This document shows, piece after piece, positions 61,402 through 64,000 of a stretch of 64,000 nucleotides of DNA (its first letter is position 1; every line of letters starts with the position of its first letter). Position numbers and translations under genes: made by a program. This stretch comes from Nitrospirota bacterium. GTDB lineage: Bacteria > Nitrospirota > Nitrospiria > Nitrospirales > Nitrospiraceae. The stretch is from positions 672,001-736,000 of the forward strand of contig CAVPBK010000006.1 of assembly GCA_963701855.1 (NCBI GenBank), in the 5' to 3' direction. The notes beneath the pieces are model-generated. The model was not told the origin of the DNA and searched no databases. It saw only the letters and a program-made list of their open reading frames with translations.

Positions 61402-61664
61402 CGATACAAGTCTGATGTTCGCCCTCCACGCGTACTTGCCGGCCTCGATACTTCCCATTCTTCTTCCCGATTGCCGATGCAAATTCTTTCCCCTCCGTAT
61501 CTCCTCCTCTGTTTCCACATACCCTTACAAGGTCTATAGGTCTTCGCCATAGCTCACGAGAGGACCCGAACGGGCAGATCGCGGGTAGAGCCCTCAGGCT
61601 GAGACGCCCTTCTCGCCTCTGATTACATGCGTATCGACTTGATGAAAGCAGGGGAGAGTTAAAT

Positions 61665-62609
61665 TCAATGCGATGTTTCGGCTGCCTGTAGCCCGTAGGC
61701 AATAAGATTCGTCGCGGTGTTCCAGCGGCGCTTAGAGTTAAGGATTACGAGGAGAAGGTCGCTCCCGTTTTGGGAGACTTTGGCAATGAGACACCGGCCG
61801 GCCTTGGAGGTAAATCCAGTCTTGATTCCTTCAACGCCAGGGATACGCCCCAACAATCTGTTCGTATTGTGCAACACATACGCACGATGACCGTTGATAG
61901 GCGCAATGATCGCGCGCTCCTCACGGACCAATTGCCGAAAGATCGGCTGATCGAGGGCTATAACACTCAACGCGGCGAGATCTTCGGCCGTCGAGTAATG
62001 GTCCGGGTTGTCGAACCCGCAGCCATTACTGAAATGCGTATCAGACAAGCCGAGCGCCTCAGCCTTGGCATTCATGAGAGTCACGAACTGTGCTTCATCG
62101 CCACCCACATGCTCTACCGCTGCAAGACAGGCATCGTTCGCGGACACGATTAGCATGGCCTTCAGCAGATCTTCCAGTCTAAAAACCTGCCCTGCCTTCA
62201 CGCGCAAGTGCGTCTTGTGCGCCCGTGCGGCATTGGGACTGATCGTGACAAAGTCATCCAACTGACCCCTTTCAAGAATGACTAAGGCCGACATGATTTT
62301 TGTGAGACTAGCAGGGGACATTCGCTTCCCTGCATCGTGTTCATACAGCACCCGCCCACTATTGAGTTCCTTGAGAAGAATGCCATGGGCTGGAGAGACT
62401 CGCCACGGAGGGAACTGGCGTGAAGCAATCGCGGTCCGAACAGGAACAGATTGAACCGCGACCCCTTTCGCAAGGACCTTGGATGGCGTGAGGGACTCGG
62501 CGGCGATCAACAAGAGACCAATGAACACCCCGGCTGCGCAAGCAAGAAATGACGGACGACCTAATCTCCCGCCACCTCTTGTCATCATGAGGGCATCGCT
62601 CCTACTCAT
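61665..62609 (-). CDS. D-alanyl-D-alanine carboxypeptidase (S11)
   Basis: ASLTK (SxxK), SAN (SxN), KTG. Confidence 0.92.
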   Translation of the reverse strand: MSRSDALMMTRGGGRLGRPSFLACAAGVFIGLLLIAAESLTPSKVLAKGVAVQSVPVRTAIASRQFPPWRVSPAHGILLKELNSGRVLYEHDAGKRMSPASLTKIMSALVILERGQLDDFVTISPNAARAHKTHLRVKAGQVFRLEDLLKAMLIVSANDACLAAVEHVGGDEAQFVTLMNAKAEALGLSDTHFSNGCGFDNPDHYSTAEDLAALSVIALDQPIFRQLVREERAIIAPINGHRAYVLHNTNRLLGRIPGVEGIKTGFTSKAGRCLIAKVSQNGSDLLLVILNSKRRWNTATNLIAYGLQAAETSH

Positions 62610-62794
62610 AGTGTATACGATTCCCGCACCTTCCCTCCACGAAACCCGCTGTCAATCACTTTGTGGAAAAAACGGAGCAGATCGGCAAGATCGATCCAAA
62701 ACCCGCAATTCAAACAGCGGGCATAGAGCCGCCGATTCACCAGCGTATAGTGACGTTCAACCATCATGAAACCGTTACATCTCAAACAGTGCAT
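62606..62794 (-). CDS. Small Zn-ribbon protein
   Basis: MHCLRCNGFM...RCLNCG; ATGA overlap with the next gene. Confidence 0.65.
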   Translation of the reverse strand: MHCLRCNGFMMVERHYTLVNRRLYARCLNCGFWIDLADLLRFFHKVIDSGFRGGKVRESYTL

Positions 62795-62827
62795 TGACGC
62801 GTCTATCTTCAGTTTCTGTGTCTGTGC

Positions 62828-63130
62828 CTATCGAAGTCGATTCATCACCAATGCCAAGCAACCTGCCAACAATCCTCCGCCGAAAATTGTGGTGCCAAAT
62901 GAGAGGTATGCGCCGGCCCCACTGCCGGGGGAGGCTCCGTCGAGCAGGTCTCGCACACCCCCCTGTACCATCAGCACGGAGAGAGTGAGCAATGCTCCAA
63001 TAGCAAACCACCATCTAAAGGATCTCACTGGTGTCCCCGAAACAGAATGCCTAGAGGCCTGGAAACCGCACTTGTCGGTCACTGTAGCCGAGGGTCGGTA
63101 GGTAGTCAAGAAGACTGCCCTTTGATTCAC
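62828..63130 (-). CDS. Small membrane protein
   Basis: Two hydrophobic segments, GAGGCGGA RBS-like site. Confidence 0.5.
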   Translation of the reverse strand: MNQRAVFLTTYRPSATVTDKCGFQASRHSVSGTPVRSFRWWFAIGALLTLSVLMVQGGVRDLLDGASPGSGAGAYLSFGTTIFGGGLLAGCLALVMNRLR

Positions 63131-63158
63131 TCCGCCTCTCGACTGACGCCGACGGACC

Positions 63159-64000
63159 TCACGGGGAAGGCGCAGCGGGGATGGACACCGCTTTCAATCC
63201 TCGATGAAGAAAAACTGAAACGCTTCCATTGCCGTTGTCCGCCGTCACGAGTCCTGGCTCTTCAACCTCCTTCGTGGTGACGCGAAACGTCGCGAGGGCG
63301 AAGGGGCCTGATTTTGTCCGATAGTTTCTCGGCGGATATTCGAAGGTTCCATCGCCACGGCCGTAGAGAATGGAGAGATCGCTCGACTGAAGATTGACGA
63401 TAGCGACGTCTATGCGACTGTCGCCGTTGAAGTCTCGCGCAAGCCCGAAATTCGGCCCTGCATCAGCGCCGGAATCGTGCCCTGCCATGAAAGTCCCATT
63501 GCCTTTTCCAAGAAAAGTAGTGAAGCTATCCTGCACCCCGTTGATCACAAGTAGGTCGCGGATCCGGTCACGATTGAAGTCGGTAAAACTCACCCCAAGT
63601 GGACGCTTCCCAGTCCGATAGTCGGTGGGAGGGCGAAATGTGCCGTCGCCATTCCCCATCCAGATGGAAACAGCGTTCGACATCGGCCCCCCGTTCGTCA
63701 CAGCCATATCGATCTTCCCGTCGCCATCCAAGTCGGCCAACGCCACCGACGTGGGCGTATCGCCATATTCGTACTGCACCCCATGGGTGAATTCACCGGT
63801 GCCGGATCCCAGGAAGACTTTAATCTTGTCGTTCCGCAATGCGACAACGAGGTCAGGCACCTGGTCGCCGTTCAGATCGTCACTGGCGATGGCAATGGGA
63901 GTCCGATGGACGGGATAGCGCGGCCCCTCTTCAAATTTTCCGTCGGCCCGGCCGAAGAATACAGCTACTTCGTCGCCCCCGGAACAGGCCAAGACCACAT
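63159..64000 (-). CDS. FG-GAP/VCBS repeat protein (5' end outside window)
   Basis: Repeated DLNGD/DLDGDG/DFNRD/DFNGD...G.GDGTF. Confidence 0.9.
   Translation of the reverse strand, partial: VVLACSGGDEVAVFFGRADGKFEEGPRYPVHRTPIAIASDDLNGDQVPDLVVALRNDKIKVFLGSGTGEFTHGVQYEYGDTPTSVALADLDGDGKIDMAVTNGGPMSNAVSIWMGNGDGTFRPPTDYRTGKRPLGVSFTDFNRDRIRDLLVINGVQDSFTTFLGKGNGTFMAGHDSGADAGPNFGLARDFNGDSRIDVAIVNLQSSDLSILYGRGDGTFEYPPRNYRTKSGPFALATFRVTTKEVEEPGLVTADNGNGSVSVFLHRGLKAVSIPAAPSP

Overview
Bacterial chromosomal window, most likely Nitrospira/Nitrospirota. This is an inference from gene content, short PilZ and Zn-ribbon paralogues and the style of the intergenic repeats; no search was run. The backbone is housekeeping: dapL-folK-panC, rmuC, a PEP-utilising enzyme, glycerate kinase, a lytic transglycosylase, udg, tal, argD-F-G-H, a B12 radical SAM gene followed by lysA-dapA-dapB, gpmA, ttcA, mtnB-D-C, msrA, pal, aroK/aroE, trmI, a sigma70 factor, lipB, gdh and a D,D-carboxypeptidase. 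Two accessory regions stand out. (1) 13.4-20.8 kb is a tandem array of five exported Sel1-repeat genes built from shuffled promoter/5' modules, about 36 framework-constant but face-variable repeats, and a conserved ~105-145 bp element behind four of the five stop codons. (2) 41.8-52.4 kb is an integrase-less island at tRNA-Arg(TCG), bounded by a 48-bp duplication. It carries a full-length LCIB/theta-type carbonic anhydrase homologue, a truncated IS110 recombinase whose upstream bridge-RNA-like region looks intact, an IS3, a dedA gene plus a captured allelic dedA fragment, and a HEPN / membrane protein / TIR defence-like cluster. Several single-base frameshifts, many at homopolymers (udg, an OMP, argD x4, argF, IS3 orfA, HEPN), suggest consensus errors, so pseudogene calls are provisional. 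All assignments come from motif recognition by eye.
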